Below, one piece after another: positions 18,066 to 27,941 of a DNA stretch of 64,000 bases (positions within the stretch are counted from its first letter, which is position 1; each line of letters begins with the position of its first letter). Source of the stretch: a virus (taxonomy: Duplodnaviria > Caudoviricetes). Where the stretch lies: IMG/VR virus record IMGVR_UViG_3300013383_000025, positions 1 through 64,000 of that record, one strand, 5' to 3'. The notes beneath the pieces were generated by a model that was given only the letters and a program-made list of their open reading frames with translations, did no database searches and was not told the DNA's origin. Both the position numbers and the translations under genes were made by a program.

Positions 18066-19646
18066 TTGAAGATGCCAAAAAATAATGAAGATGTAAAGCT
18101 GTCAAAGAGCGACCTTCAGGATATTATTGATTTTAGTGCCGGTCTTATGGCGGTTGATAATTTCTACTCACCATTCCTGAGCAATCAGCTCTTGACCAAT
18201 CTAAATAATAATCCGCGCCTGCCCAATGCAGAGGCGGTCAAAAAGGCGCTTAATGATTATAAGAATAGCGGCGCTGATTTACAGGGGTTTGTAGAATTTG
18301 CATCAGCGTTTGATATGATTTTCAAGCGCACATTGTATTCTTATGCAAACGCGCTATCTTTCGACCTTCAGATAACGTGTAAAAATGCATATACAAAGGT
18401 GGACTATGAGTCAGACGAATATAAGAAGGATAGACAGATAGTAGATAATTTCTTGACAAATTTTGACTACAAGAAAGAATTTTACAACGTCCTGCTTAAT
18501 GTTCTCAAGCGCGACTCATATTTCACTTGGTTTAGAAAGACCAAGAGCGGCAACCGTGGCAAGATGAAGTATGCTCTACAGATTATGCCGCAAGATTATT
18601 GTATGTTGACTGGCTATTTTGAGAAGGGCTTTTTATGGTCAATGAACGTACTGTACTGGACAATGCCGGGTGTGGATATCGAGGGCTTTGATCCGAGCTT
18701 GAAGCGTACATACCAAAGAGCGCTTGAAAATGCTGGGCTAGATTATAGACCATCTGCACCACTTGACCAACGCACAGGTACTTATGCACTATGGGCAGAC
18801 GTATCACCGCTTGATGGCGCATGGGCTTGGCGCTTCAATACAGATAATTTTGCCAACAACCCATTCCTAGCGCCATATGTTGCCAATGTTCTGCGCAGTG
18901 ACGAAATTGGGGAACTTCAATATAATAAAGACCTTATTTCTGCGGCTGGTATTCTGGCTGGCGAGATTCGACTATTTGATTCGGCTAAGTCGGGCACGAA
19001 GGCAGATCAGTTTGCAATCGCACCTAAGACATTGGGGCAGTTTATGGGAAAGGTGCGGCAGGGTATTCAAAATACAGTCAAACTTGCAGCCATGCCTCTT
19101 GAGAACATCAAGTTCTTCCAATTCGAGGACAAGAATCCAGACAGTTACACCAACGAACTAACCACTACTGCCGGTATTGGTACGGGCATTAGCCGTGTTA
19201 TCTATTCATCTGATAAGATGAGTAATGCTGAACTTGAAGCGGCGCTTAATGAGGTCTATCAGACCATGAAGCCTATGTATGCCCAGTTCAATAACTTCCT
19301 TGATTTCTATGTCAATCAGATGACTAGCAAGTACAAGTTTAAGTTTGAGTTCACTGGTTCTAATTATCCGTTTGAGCGTGAGGCGCGATTTGACAAGTTG
19401 ATGAAGATGGCCGATAAGGGGCTTGTGCTCAATTCGTCCGCATGGGCTAGTGCTGTTGGTATGAATCCTGCTACATTTGATAGGATGCTTGCTGAGAGTA
19501 AATATACTGGTTGGATTGACAAGTATAGCCAGATGCTTATGAACACATACACGACGAGTCAAAGCAATGAGGGTGGCCGTCCGAGGGCTAGTTCGACATC
19601 GCTTACCGACAGCGGTGAAGCAAGTCGTGAAACATTAGAGGATTAG
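18066..19646 (+). CDS. Portal protein
   Basis: ~525 aa after terL, C-terminal GGRP tail, SPbeta-like synteny. Confidence 0.8.
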   Translation: MKMPKNNEDVKLSKSDLQDIIDFSAGLMAVDNFYSPFLSNQLLTNLNNNPRLPNAEAVKKALNDYKNSGADLQGFVEFASAFDMIFKRTLYSYANALSFDLQITCKNAYTKVDYESDEYKKDRQIVDNFLTNFDYKKEFYNVLLNVLKRDSYFTWFRKTKSGNRGKMKYALQIMPQDYCMLTGYFEKGFLWSMNVLYWTMPGVDIEGFDPSLKRTYQRALENAGLDYRPSAPLDQRTGTYALWADVSPLDGAWAWRFNTDNFANNPFLAPYVANVLRSDEIGELQYNKDLISAAGILAGEIRLFDSAKSGTKADQFAIAPKTLGQFMGKVRQGIQNTVKLAAMPLENIKFFQFEDKNPDSYTNELTTTAGIGTGISRVIYSSDKMSNAELEAALNEVYQTMKPMYAQFNNFLDFYVNQMTSKYKFKFEFTGSNYPFEREARFDKLMKMADKGLVLNSSAWASAVGMNPATFDRMLAESKYTGWIDKYSQMLMNTYTTSQSNEGGRPRASSTSLTDSGEASRETLED

Positions 19647-19648
19647 AC

Positions 19649-19828
19649 ATGATTATTTTAGGAATCCCAAAGAACCCAGAAGATTATTTTATTGCTGATA
19701 GTGCGCTTGCATGGGAATTGGATAAAGCTGGATTTTCAGCTAAATACCTAGACGACGACGCGCATTATTATAAGAAAAACGCAAAACTACTGAAATGGCT
19801 AGAAAAGAATGGAATAACAGAAGGATAA
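19649..19828 (+). CDS. Hypothetical protein (59 aa)
   Basis: Manual translation MIILGIPKNPEDYFIADSALAWELDKAGF...; GAGGA RBS. Confidence 0.7.
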   Translation: MIILGIPKNPEDYFIADSALAWELDKAGFSAKYLDDDAHYYKKNAKLLKWLEKNGITEG

Positions 19829-19853
19829 TTTACTGAGAAAGGAGGAGCTATGA

Positions 19854-20273
19854 TTGGAGACAATCAAGAATATTGCCGCAATTTTAGGAGCAATCCTTTC
19901 ATTAAGTGCAGTAATTACCCTGTTTTGCAAACCTATCAAGGCATATATTGCGAAAATCCTAGATAAGCATATTAGCGAACAAGATGACAAAATAAAACAA
20001 AACACTCTTAAGGCGACACTCAAGAGAATTGAGAATAAACTAGACGCGACTGTGGCATATACCACTGAGGCTTGTCGTGGTGAGATTAAAAATATGTTTT
20101 ATCGTTATATGGATAGCAAGACGCTACCATATTATGAAAAGATGCATATGTTACAAATTGAGGATATTTATGTAAATAAATTGCAAAAGAATCACTATAC
20201 TAAAGGGCTTATTGAGGAAATGAAAACGTGGTCTGTTGATTATACCGGAGTAGATTCTCAGGATATCAATTAA
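19854..20273 (+). CDS. Membrane-anchored coiled-coil protein
   Basis: N-terminal hydrophobic helix; AAAGGAGG RBS. Confidence 0.7.
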   Translation: METIKNIAAILGAILSLSAVITLFCKPIKAYIAKILDKHISEQDDKIKQNTLKATLKRIENKLDATVAYTTEACRGEIKNMFYRYMDSKTLPYYEKMHMLQIEDIYVNKLQKNHYTKGLIEEMKTWSVDYTGVDSQDIN

Positions 20274-20362
20274 CCATATAGATGGCTTGGGCATTGTGCT
20301 CTTTGGGCCACCGCAAATGGGATGAATATCTCATTATATCCTTGAAGAAAGGAGGAAGATGA

Positions 20363-22102
20363 TTGGAGAAAAATGTAAAATTTGAGCTTGAAGATGTTGT
20401 CGAATATCCTGATTGGTGTGATGCTTACCCAGAGCATAAGTTTACCGTATTTAAGTGTTGTTTTTTAAGCACCGCTAAAAACTCTCATCATTTAGATATT
20501 GGTGATGAGGTATTGCGGCGCGACGCTCCGTCCATTCTTGGTTCTATGCTTGTAGCCAAGATTGAGAATGGGGATGCAACTACGCATCTCCCCACGGAAA
20601 TTCAGTACGGGTATTTCCCTCGCGAACAAGAGGTTGAGTTTGTTGAAGAAGATGGCATTACCAAGGCATATGCATATGCCGTTGTAAGTAAACGATACGG
20701 CAAGGAATTAAACGATATCTTTGAGTTTGATAATCTTCGCAATAGTTCTGTTGAGATGACTGTAAATGTAGAAGACGATAAAGACGAGGGCAAGGTATTA
20801 TCGCTAGACCTCTACGCGCTGACTGTGCTCGGAAAAACCGTAGCCGGAAGTTGTCCTGATGCAGATATTAAAATGGTGCGATTCTCTGCTGAGGAGGCTG
20901 AGGCATATTTTGCCAAGTCCGATTCTCTATCGCAACCCAAGAACTTCGTCGAAGAAAGGAAACAATCAATGGCTGAAAAATACGTAAACCATCCTATCAA
21001 TACATCCAAGGATGCTGTATATACAGGTGAATGGGATGGTGACGAAGCAAAGAAAAATTTGGTCAAAGAGAAAAATTATAAGACTCTAGCACCCAAGGTT
21101 TGCCTCAGACTTGAGGAAGGTTGGGAAGATAGAGAGGTGACCAAGCTAGGTTATCCCGTCATGGGATTATATGACGGTGAATGGCGTTATTCAACCAAGG
21201 CTCTATCATCGGCTCTAGCATATGCAAAGCAGAATGATGAGGCTGAGGTTGTAAATAAAATTGAGGCTATTTATAAGAAATTAGACCTTGATGATGATTC
21301 TGAAAGAAAGGAGGACAAGAAAATGGCTGAAATTGAATTTAGCGCAGTTGATATTGGCGATATGTGGGGCAGACTATACTCTGCTATGCGTGAAGCCCGT
21401 AATTGGGATTATGGCATTCATGGCATTTATGAGGAGGACAATAAGAAGTTTGCTATCCTTATTGATGATGCCAAGAAGCTATATCGGCTCGATTTTAGTC
21501 TGACTGAGGATGGCCTTACTCTTGCAGATGAGGTTGTCGAGGTTAAGCAGGAATTTACCGAGACTGATAATATCAAGAAATTTGCCGAGCCTGAGAACGT
21601 TGCCGAATATCGTCTATCTGAGGATGAGGGTGAATCCAAGGAAGATAATGATGAACCCGACCATGATGACGATGATGATGAGCACGAAGAAGAGCTATCC
21701 TGTGACGAGCTAAAGGCCAAGATGGCTGAGCTTGAGAAGGACATTGAATCCCGTGACAATATTATCATGGAGAAGGACGCAGAACTAGAAGAACTGCGCA
21801 AGTTTAAGGCAGAGGTAGAGGAACAGCGCAAAGCCGCGACCGTTGAATCCACCATGGCTGAATGCAAGGAGTTTATGTCTGACGAGCAGTATAAAGAAAC
21901 GCGCGAGGAAGGCATGGCTTGCAAGATGAGCGAACTTGATGGCTGGACAAATAAGGCTAAGGCCGTTTGTTTCTCTGCTGTTAAGAAAAATGTAAAGAAA
22001 AATAATGATGGGCTGTTCCGCTTTGCGGCTCCTATCGCTAAGGCAAATCGCGAAGATGAGGACGTTTGGACTCGCCTAAAGAGAAAATCTGAGAATATTT
22101 AA
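20363..22102 (+). CDS. Prohead protease/scaffold protein
   Basis: NSH, SVEM, LTVLG motifs; acidic coiled-coil C-terminus; precedes capsid genes. Confidence 0.75.
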   Translation: MEKNVKFELEDVVEYPDWCDAYPEHKFTVFKCCFLSTAKNSHHLDIGDEVLRRDAPSILGSMLVAKIENGDATTHLPTEIQYGYFPREQEVEFVEEDGITKAYAYAVVSKRYGKELNDIFEFDNLRNSSVEMTVNVEDDKDEGKVLSLDLYALTVLGKTVAGSCPDADIKMVRFSAEEAEAYFAKSDSLSQPKNFVEERKQSMAEKYVNHPINTSKDAVYTGEWDGDEAKKNLVKEKNYKTLAPKVCLRLEEGWEDREVTKLGYPVMGLYDGEWRYSTKALSSALAYAKQNDEAEVVNKIEAIYKKLDLDDDSERKEDKKMAEIEFSAVDIGDMWGRLYSAMREARNWDYGIHGIYEEDNKKFAILIDDAKKLYRLDFSLTEDGLTLADEVVEVKQEFTETDNIKKFAEPENVAEYRLSEDEGESKEDNDEPDHDDDDDEHEEELSCDELKAKMAELEKDIESRDNIIMEKDAELEELRKFKAEVEEQRKAATVESTMAECKEFMSDEQYKETREEGMACKMSELDGWTNKAKAVCFSAVKKNVKKNNDGLFRFAAPIAKANREDEDVWTRLKRKSENI

Positions 22103-22125
22103 TAAAAAAAAGGAGATTATATATT

Positions 22126-22659
22126 ATGGCTTTTCATGGTCTAGTCAATACTATGGGTATGTCCTGCACCAATGTTGATGCAATGAATAAGGTTGGTGTG
22201 GCATCCGTCAATCTTGATAACGGTACTCTTGTTACTATCGGTAAGATGGAACAGGCTACTGATGGTACTGTTACCAGTTATCATTATGCACTAACTCCCG
22301 CCACTGCAAATGCAGAGCACGTTCTACTTGTTGCTTCTCCCGAAGTCGGTGGAACTCTTGAGATGCAGATTCATAACGACCGCCGCTATTTCTATAATGT
22401 CGCTGGCGACCCAGTTGATGTAAAGGATATTCTTGCACAGGTTGACACTTTGGAGGTTGATACCGTTGCATTTGGGGGCACTCTACCTGTTGCGGCTGAT
22501 GTTGGCAAGTTTGTTTCTCCTGCGGCCGATGGCAAGTACGCTGCTCCTGTCCAGGATGCTCCAGCTGCCGGTGCATACTTTGTAGTTGAGGGCTTTGGTT
22601 CTATTACTTGTGGTCAGGATGAGGTTAAGACCGTCATCCTTCGTTGTATCAAGAACTAA
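22126..22659 (+). CDS. Capsid decoration protein
   Basis: LDNG.LV..G pattern; lies between scaffold and MCP. Confidence 0.65.
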   Translation: MAFHGLVNTMGMSCTNVDAMNKVGVASVNLDNGTLVTIGKMEQATDGTVTSYHYALTPATANAEHVLLVASPEVGGTLEMQIHNDRRYFYNVAGDPVDVKDILAQVDTLEVDTVAFGGTLPVAADVGKFVSPAADGKYAAPVQDAPAAGAYFVVEGFGSITCGQDEVKTVILRCIKN

Positions 22660-22695
22660 GCGGGAAACTAATTATTGTAAAGGAGAAAGAATAAT

Positions 22696-23736
22696 ATGCT
22701 AATGAATAAAGAACTCGTTCAGTTTGCCGCTGGTAACACTGAATTTTATGAAGGCTCTATGTCCTACTTCTGCGATAAGAAGCAGAGTGTTGAGAATAAG
22801 GCTCTACTCCAAGAGGCTTTCCTGGCAGAGGTTGAGCGCAAGTCTGGCGTTTCTCGCTCTGGTAATGAAATCTCTGCTTGGCTGAACAATCCAAACGTTC
22901 AGTGGGCAGCTTTTGCTATTGTTGATAGAACTATCAATGCAATTCTTCCTATCAGCATCCTTCCTCAGTTCAATCTATTTGCTGATTTCCGTCTACAGAA
23001 CTTTGGCGATATTACCAAGTTTAAGATTCTACCCGGCAGCTTCTATACTGTTTCTCTTGATGGTCGTGGTCAGCGCACTACCCTCCGTCAGAAGAAGGGT
23101 GCATCCGACATTACTGTCGCACCTAAGGGTCATATTGTCACTATCTTCAGTGACCTATTCCGTGTCCTAGCCGATATGGACAATATTGCTGATTTCATGG
23201 GTTGGCTACTTACTTCTGTTGAGTCCGCTATGTATAAGGACGCTATTGGCGCTCTCAACACTGGTCTTGAGGCAATTCCCGCTGGCGACCTCAATGTTAC
23301 CGGTGCAATCGACCTTGGTAAGCTAGTTACTATGTGTGAACTTGTTGAGGCTCGTAACGGTGGCGCTCCCGCTACTATCGTTGGCTCTGCTACTGCTCTT
23401 ATGAAGGTTCTACCTGATTCCACTCTTGGCTATCGTGTAAATGTTGGCAGTGAGGGCGGTCGTATTGAGCTGCTCAAGGACATTGTTGGTTATGACGTTA
23501 TGCGTCTCCGCAACGCTGTTGATTCTACTGGTAAGCTAGTCCTTGATGCTAACAAGATTTATGTTGTTTCTGCATCTGCTGACAAGCTAATTAAGGGCGT
23601 TATGTCCAATGCCATGACTAATACCAACCAGCATTTCGACAACGCCGACATTACTTCCAACTTTACTTATCGTAAGGAATGGGACTTTGTATATGCCTCC
23701 GCAGCAAAAGCTGGCGTGTACAATATCACCGACTAA
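22696..23736 (+). CDS. Major capsid protein
   Basis: 346 aa, highly biased codon use, followed by a terminator; synteny. Confidence 0.8.
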   Translation: MLMNKELVQFAAGNTEFYEGSMSYFCDKKQSVENKALLQEAFLAEVERKSGVSRSGNEISAWLNNPNVQWAAFAIVDRTINAILPISILPQFNLFADFRLQNFGDITKFKILPGSFYTVSLDGRGQRTTLRQKKGASDITVAPKGHIVTIFSDLFRVLADMDNIADFMGWLLTSVESAMYKDAIGALNTGLEAIPAGDLNVTGAIDLGKLVTMCELVEARNGGAPATIVGSATALMKVLPDSTLGYRVNVGSEGGRIELLKDIVGYDVMRLRNAVDSTGKLVLDANKIYVVSASADKLIKGVMSNAMTNTNQHFDNADITSNFTYRKEWDFVYASAAKAGVYNITD

Positions 23737-23744
23737 TCATATTT

Positions 23745-23775
23745 TTGAGAGGGGTTAATAGCCCCTCTCTATTTA
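23745..23775 (+). terminator. Terminator after MCP
   Basis: GAGAGGGGTTA-A-TAGCCCCTCTC stem plus T-rich tail. Confidence 0.75.
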
Positions 23776-23805
23776 TAACGGAAATAAGAAAGGAAAATAA
23801 AAGGA

Positions 23806-24450
23806 ATGGCAAATACTACAAGTACTAAATCTACAACAGCACCAAAGACGACCACAAAGAAAGAAGCCGCCCCTGTTGTTGATACAGAGAAGGAACAGCT
23901 AAGGGCGCAGCTTGCAGAACAACAGAAGCGCATAGAAGAAATGATGGCTCAGATGCAGGTTCTTATGCAAGCACAGAGCAATGCTGTAACATCTACAAAG
24001 CCGGTCGATAATCGCAAGATTAAGTTTGTTAATATGTGTACTGGTAAGCTGATTCTAAAGGGTACGTCTCTATGGGAAATTGATGGGCAGTTCAATGACC
24101 GCGATTTCTCGGAGACGGAAGCCAATATTATCGTCAACAATATGGCGAATGCTATTCGTTCAGGATGTGTTTACATCGCTGACGCACAGTATGTCGAAGA
24201 ACATCAACTTCAGCCAATTTATGATAACCTGCTTTCTAATAAGCAGATGGTCGAGCTTCTTAATCATGATTATAAATATGTGACAGATGCCTACAAGACT
24301 GCAAGCGATGCGCAGAAGAAAATTATTGTCGACACGATTGTAGCAAAGCGGGCGCGTGGGGAATATGTGGACGCAAACATCCTTACACAGCTTGGGGAAC
24401 TATGCGGTAGAGATTTAATGTGTATCACCTCACTAGATAATGAGGAGTGA
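23806..24450 (+). CDS. Conserved hypothetical head-associated protein
   Basis: ORF with strong RBS in the head-neck block. Confidence 0.7.
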   Translation: MANTTSTKSTTAPKTTTKKEAAPVVDTEKEQLRAQLAEQQKRIEEMMAQMQVLMQAQSNAVTSTKPVDNRKIKFVNMCTGKLILKGTSLWEIDGQFNDRDFSETEANIIVNNMANAIRSGCVYIADAQYVEEHQLQPIYDNLLSNKQMVELLNHDYKYVTDAYKTASDAQKKIIVDTIVAKRARGEYVDANILTQLGELCGRDLMCITSLDNEE

Positions 24451-24456
24451 TAAATT

Positions 24457-24897
24457 ATGGCAACATCATTTGATGTTATTGGTGAAAGAGCATTAAGTGT
24501 AATTGATGACTATAAACTGCGCAAGCTATATGATGCAAGCATTGATATGTTTCATGACAAGATAGATGGTTGGGTTATTAGTTCTGCGGCAAAGTTTATA
24601 GAATGTGAGCAAACCCTGACATACGATTTAGAGCTTAGACAATTTGACGCAGACTTAACAAATTTAGAGATTCAGATTCTTGCCGATTATTGGGTTATCA
24701 ACTGGTGGCGCGGCGAGACGGACGTAGCATCTCAGATTGCACAGAAACTTAAAGTTCCATCATCTTTTCAGATGGATGGCGTATCCTCACAGAATTTCAA
24801 GGAAAAACAGAACGTCATTGATAAGCTCGAAGAAGATGTAGATAGGCTCATTCACGACAAATACCAGCTCTTATATCTATCCTCCTATGATTATTAA
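24457..24897 (+). CDS. Head-tail adaptor
   Basis: MATSF..I...L..I.DYKL...F.ADLT..EI.ILA pattern; synteny. Confidence 0.65.
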   Translation: MATSFDVIGERALSVIDDYKLRKLYDASIDMFHDKIDGWVISSAAKFIECEQTLTYDLELRQFDADLTNLEIQILADYWVINWWRGETDVASQIAQKLKVPSSFQMDGVSSQNFKEKQNVIDKLEEDVDRLIHDKYQLLYLSSYDY

Positions 24898-24909
24898 AGG
24901 GGTGGATAT

Positions 24910-25176
24910 ATGAGTAGAACAGATAAACAAGAAAAAATCCATGCTTTATATAAAGTATTATTGCTATTTGAAGACCTAACCAGCGCCGACCCTAGTATTG
25001 ACGAAGCTGACTATACAACATATTGTGAGCGGCTATCTGTGCGATTTAGGGCGGTCGATGGCGAAGTTGCCGATACGTTGGCCGGTCTTAGCAAAATGGG
25101 GCTTGAGCTTACCCATCCGATTATTCGTTCATGCGTCTTGCGTATGACCAATAAGATAGAAAGGATTGGTGATTGA
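24910..25176 (+). CDS. Hypothetical protein
   Basis: LYKVLLLFE...IRSCVL; neck block. Confidence 0.7.
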   Translation: MSRTDKQEKIHALYKVLLLFEDLTSADPSIDEADYTTYCERLSVRFRAVDGEVADTLAGLSKMGLELTHPIIRSCVLRMTNKIERIGD

Positions 25177-25177
25177 C

Positions 25178-25924
25178 ATGGCGTATGAGATGTTTAATTA
25201 CCAACCTGACCCCAACGATTATTACCGTGATTTGACGCAAGAATTTATAAACGCACAGTGGCAAGATACCTCAGCTAAAACGCCTGAGAATGGCGGCGCA
25301 TTGCTGGAACAAGCGGCGATTGGCTCTGATGAATATAATTGTATTGAGGCGTGGGTGAAGCCAACTGTGGCTACTACAAGCACCGGTTTGAAGGATACTA
25401 GAGATTTTCTACAGTTTATCTTCAAGGATATCAACCATGTTGTTGACAGAGGTTTATATTATAGATTCTCAAACGATGTGTGGTTGGTTCACGATTCTGG
25501 TATCTTTGATGGCCTACCTAAAGCGGTAGGTGTGCGTCGTTGTAACAATGTCATGCGTATCAAAGACGGCGATACTATCTTTAGCATTCCTGTCATTGTT
25601 GATTATGACATGGCTAGCCCATCTGCACAAGTTAGTACACCTATCACCACGCCAAATAACCATGCGGTCGTTATGGTGCAGGGTAATGATGATGTGTATA
25701 GGCTATTCAAGTTAAATACGCGTTATATTCTGGGTGGCAGACCATTCAAGTTGCTATCCTGTCAGAACGCAATCAATACGGCGGGTATGTCAAAGCCAAC
25801 ATTGCTTTATCTTGACCTATATCTTGATGAGGCTCATGCTGGTGATGACATTGAGAATCAACTAGCAGACAATAGCTCGATTGATTATCCTATGGATGAG
25901 AATGAGCCGTTCCCGATGGGCTAA
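25178..25924 (+). CDS. Head closure / neck protein
   Basis: RG.YY.F....WLV...RRCNN pattern; synteny. Confidence 0.6.
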   Translation: MAYEMFNYQPDPNDYYRDLTQEFINAQWQDTSAKTPENGGALLEQAAIGSDEYNCIEAWVKPTVATTSTGLKDTRDFLQFIFKDINHVVDRGLYYRFSNDVWLVHDSGIFDGLPKAVGVRRCNNVMRIKDGDTIFSIPVIVDYDMASPSAQVSTPITTPNNHAVVMVQGNDDVYRLFKLNTRYILGGRPFKLLSCQNAINTAGMSKPTLLYLDLYLDEAHAGDDIENQLADNSSIDYPMDENEPFPMG

Positions 25925-25938
25925 AGGAGGGCGGCTAG

Positions 25939-26517
25939 ATGTACAATTCATTGTCAAGGCTACCAAGCATACCATATAATATCATGGTGTACCTAGCCAA
26001 ATCGACCGACCCTATGGCTGATATTTTCTGGAAGATGCTGGCATATAAGGACTATAAGGCGCTGAGCCATGAGTCACTTACATTCAAGCAGAAGATGCAA
26101 CTGGTGTGGGCGCAGGGCAAGCAGGATAATTACAACGTATTTCTGACTAATCTAATTGAGGACGCTATGGCTGAATCTAAGCAGATTGTTAAGATTTACC
26201 AATATTATATCCATGCCTCTGAGTTATATACTAGCACAGTAGTCTATGCGTTTGATTGCCTATATGGCGGTCAGATGAGCCTAGTTGACTATGACGGTAT
26301 TCCTGTCAATCGCGGAGATTTGTTCATTCATTGCATTTTATACTTACTTAATGGTGTAGATGTAGGCGGCGTTGGCAAGCTCATGTTCCTAGATGATATG
26401 AGCCGATATAGCGCGGCGCGGTCAACCATTGGCAATAATAAGACCTTTACAGGTGTACAGCTCTATATGGCTGTCAATGTAGGTGATGCTGGCAAGGAGA
26501 CTAGTTGTGGCGATTGA
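25939..26517 (+). CDS. Tail completion/terminator protein
   Basis: LNGVDVGGVGKL pattern; synteny. Confidence 0.55.
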   Translation: MYNSLSRLPSIPYNIMVYLAKSTDPMADIFWKMLAYKDYKALSHESLTFKQKMQLVWAQGKQDNYNVFLTNLIEDAMAESKQIVKIYQYYIHASELYTSTVVYAFDCLYGGQMSLVDYDGIPVNRGDLFIHCILYLLNGVDVGGVGKLMFLDDMSRYSAARSTIGNNKTFTGVQLYMAVNVGDAGKETSCGD

Positions 26518-27331
26518 TATAGCCGTCCTTGAGAAGGCATATTTTTATTTCGATAAGCCAGTGCCATATAAGCTATCTGACACGACACATATAGATATCA
26601 CGCCTATATCAGTATATGATAGTGAGGTCTTTTTGTCAAGTTGTGATATTCTTCAAATAGATAAAAATGCGCTCAATTCCGTTGAGATAATTCAGATGAG
26701 CTATCTTGATTTTTTATTCAAGGTCATGTTGCCAACAGACCAATCAAAGATAGGGCTAGATAAATTCTGTAATATCATGAAATTGTGTCTTGGTATGCCA
26801 GATTGGAAAATCAAGATGAATGAAAAGAAGAAAATCAGCCTAGTTGCTCCCGATGATTCATTCGAGATTACAGGCAAGCAATTCGATGATATCAAACGGG
26901 TTATATTATATCAGAATATAGCGCATTATGACGATACATATATTGACCCAGACTTGAAAAAGGCAATGGCCGATGTTGACAGATTGAAAAGCAAGGGTAT
27001 TGACGTGCCGACGTTAGAGCGGCGTATGGCTATTATCACGGCTCATTGCGGTATTGGTAAACGGGTACTTATGCAATATTCCATGCGGTCATTACAGTTA
27101 CTGTTTGAAGAATGTGCAGGTGAGGTTGAGTTCACAACCTTGCGTCCAATCATGCTATATGCCGGTAAAGCCAAAGAGCTTGAGCATTGGATATACAAGA
27201 AGAAGAAAGATAAGTTTGACGGATATATTACATCTGTTGAATCCTACAATAAATCTATGGGTGGAGATGGCAAGGTAAAACAAGCCGACCCCAATACGAT
27301 TGCGAATATAAACAATATTGTAAATAAATAA
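26507..27331 (+). CDS. Tail assembly chaperone-like protein
   Basis: FDKPVPY, IDKN, MSYLDFL, FDDIK.VILYQN; synteny. Confidence 0.55.
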   Translation: MAIDIAVLEKAYFYFDKPVPYKLSDTTHIDITPISVYDSEVFLSSCDILQIDKNALNSVEIIQMSYLDFLFKVMLPTDQSKIGLDKFCNIMKLCLGMPDWKIKMNEKKKISLVAPDDSFEITGKQFDDIKRVILYQNIAHYDDTYIDPDLKKAMADVDRLKSKGIDVPTLERRMAIITAHCGIGKRVLMQYSMRSLQLLFEECAGEVEFTTLRPIMLYAGKAKELEHWIYKKKKDKFDGYITSVESYNKSMGGDGKVKQADPNTIANINNIVNK

Positions 27332-27345
27332 GGAGGAAATTCTAT

Positions 27346-27480
27346 ATGAGAAAATTCCTAGCTGGCGTTGGCGATGCTATTCTCCTAAAAGGTCAGAATA
27401 TCATTGGCTTCGCTAAGACTTTGACCGAAAGCACCTTCGGCTTCACTATTTCTTCAGAGGAAATCAGAGGTGGCAAGGGT
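27346..27480 (+). CDS. Major tail protein, exon 1 (45 codons)
   Basis: AGGAGG RBS; MRKFLAGVGDA...EEIRGGKG; missed by the ORF track. Confidence 0.85.
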
Positions 27481-27941
27481 AATAATTGCTCTCTACGTTG
27501 AGTAATCAGCGTATGACTTCGGGTTAAATGCTTTGAATCCCTAAAGCCCACACACCTAAACAGTAGTTGGAAACGACAAGCTGAATGGTTGCGAAAGTAG
27601 AAAAAAGTTGTGGGATGACTACATGGTCAAATCCTAAATAGTCTATGCCGATAAAAATGGGTGTTTAGCAGAGAAATCCCTAAATATATTGACATATTTA
27701 TAGTAATATGATGTAATATACATGGGAAACTTTCAACGAATATCTCCTTGTGGGAGAAGTAGAACCTCAAGCGTATGGAGGAGGAAAAATCCGACCCCTA
27801 TTAAATAGGGTGAACATATATTCTACTCTCATGTGAAAACATGAGCAGACTGCTAGTGATAGTAAGTCGATATTGGCGTTGCGACCCAATATGAATACAA
27901 AATATTTTATACCATTTTTTTTGGTATAAAATATAATAGGC
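27481..27941 (+). mobile_element. ORF-less group I intron in the major tail gene (junction +/-1 nt uncertain)
   Basis: P1 AGGGT/GCTCT with U.G pair; P7 GAATA 27738/TATTC 27819; GAACATATATTCT J8/7; removal restores EIRGGKG-NALIGKYYHD. Confidence 0.85.

Noticed and set aside
21427-21924. Long antisense ORFs (e.g. 21427..21924, 31579..32118, 55618..56184)
   Set aside because: Shadow frames of well-supported plus-strand genes
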